Program-made: the position numbers and the translations under genes
From: Verrucomicrobiia bacterium
GTDB lineage: Bacteria > Verrucomicrobiota > Verrucomicrobiia > Limisphaerales > UBA11358
DNA: 32,456 bases
Reading direction: 5' to 3'
NCBI GenBank assembly: GCA_036509625.1
Contig: DATCFH010000170.1
Span: 1-32,456, forward strand
In this document: piece by piece, positions 32,347 to 32,456 of the stretch
How the letters are laid out: every line of letters begins with the position of its first letter
How positions within the stretch are numbered: the stretch's first letter is position 1
Notes under the pieces: generated by a model
Databases searched by the model: none
Told to the model about the DNA's origin: nothing
Seen by the model: the letters and a program-made list of their open reading frames with translations, nothing else

Positions 32347-32404
32347 CCCTCACCCGGCCTTCGGCCACCCTCTCCCATTGGATGGGAGAGGGACGGGGTG
32401 AGGG
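32347..32404. repeat. composite GC-rich extragenic hairpin (GEG-type REP-like element)
   Basis: Outer stem CCCTCACCC (32347..32355) / GGGTGAGGG (32396..32404). Inner stem CCCTCTCCCAT (32368..32378) / ATGGGAGAGGG (32382..32392) with a 3-nt loop. A side mini-hairpin GGCC-ttc-GGCC lies at 32356..32366. Translating through it gives the ...MGEGRGEG... strings typical of spurious ORFs over such palindromes. Confidence 0.6.
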
Positions 32405-32456
32405 CAACCAACAACAACCATCAAGCAAAGACTGATTATGGCAAAACGCGACGCAG

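Noticed and set aside
31968-32435. ORFs 31989..32435 (+), 31968..32417 (-), 31931..32236 (+) and 32069..32266 (-) as real genes.
   Set aside because: All four overlap one another over the symmetric 21-bp array, which keeps several frames open. Two of them read straight through the REP-like hairpin. The plus frame with the best codon look starts at TTG and hits TAG at 32234. No RBS or known motif is present. They are kept only as an alternative hypothesis in the array finding.
32438-32456. ATG GCA AAA CGC GAC GCA G at the right edge as the start of the next gene.
   Set aside because: Only 19 nt are visible. That is too short to call a CDS or a product, although its position just after the hairpin is plausible.

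Overview
This window is mostly housekeeping chromosome. It is probably from a PVC-superphylum (Verrucomicrobiota-like) bacterium; that is an inference from protein style, SD-poor starts and GEG-type extragenic hairpins, and I cannot verify it here. The core is the conserved minus-strand block tRNA-Thr(GGU)-tuf-tRNA-Trp(CCA)-tRNA-Ser(UGA)-secE-nusG-rplK-rplA-rplJ-rplL-rpoB-rpoC (7865..20859), with recognisable intrinsic terminators and an attenuator. The left flank holds a partial rpe (absent from the ORF track), a REC-PAS-GAF-PAS-HisKA-HATPase-REC hybrid sensor kinase, rpsT, a secreted GH43 endo-arabinanase and a fused two-half M16 peptidase. The right flank holds a SulP/STAS anion transporter and a co-directional trio of YbfF-like esterase, PaaK/F390-synthetase-like adenylating enzyme and XerC/D recombinase. 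Beyond these lie an unrecognisable exported protein, topoisomerase III with three C-terminal Zn-ribbon/repeat modules, and a UvrD/PcrA helicase. I see no CRISPR array, transposase, prophage or recognisable defence genes, so I cannot support a claim of a new protein-coding system. The structure not explained by genes is all non-coding. (1) A strictly phased array of eleven 21-bp units built from alternating TTCCGGC/GCCGGAA half-sites lies in the 533-bp gap after uvrD (32082..32312), followed by a composite GC-rich hairpin (32347..32404). (2) An inverted pair of triplicated 10-bp iterons sits in the divergent topB/uvrD promoter region (29707..29826); its arm differences are almost all G:U-compatible on the topB-sense strand. 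(3) A 90-bp AT-rich inverted-repeat element overlaps the kinase stop codon (329..418). These are the best candidates for follow-up, and their functions are hypotheses only.
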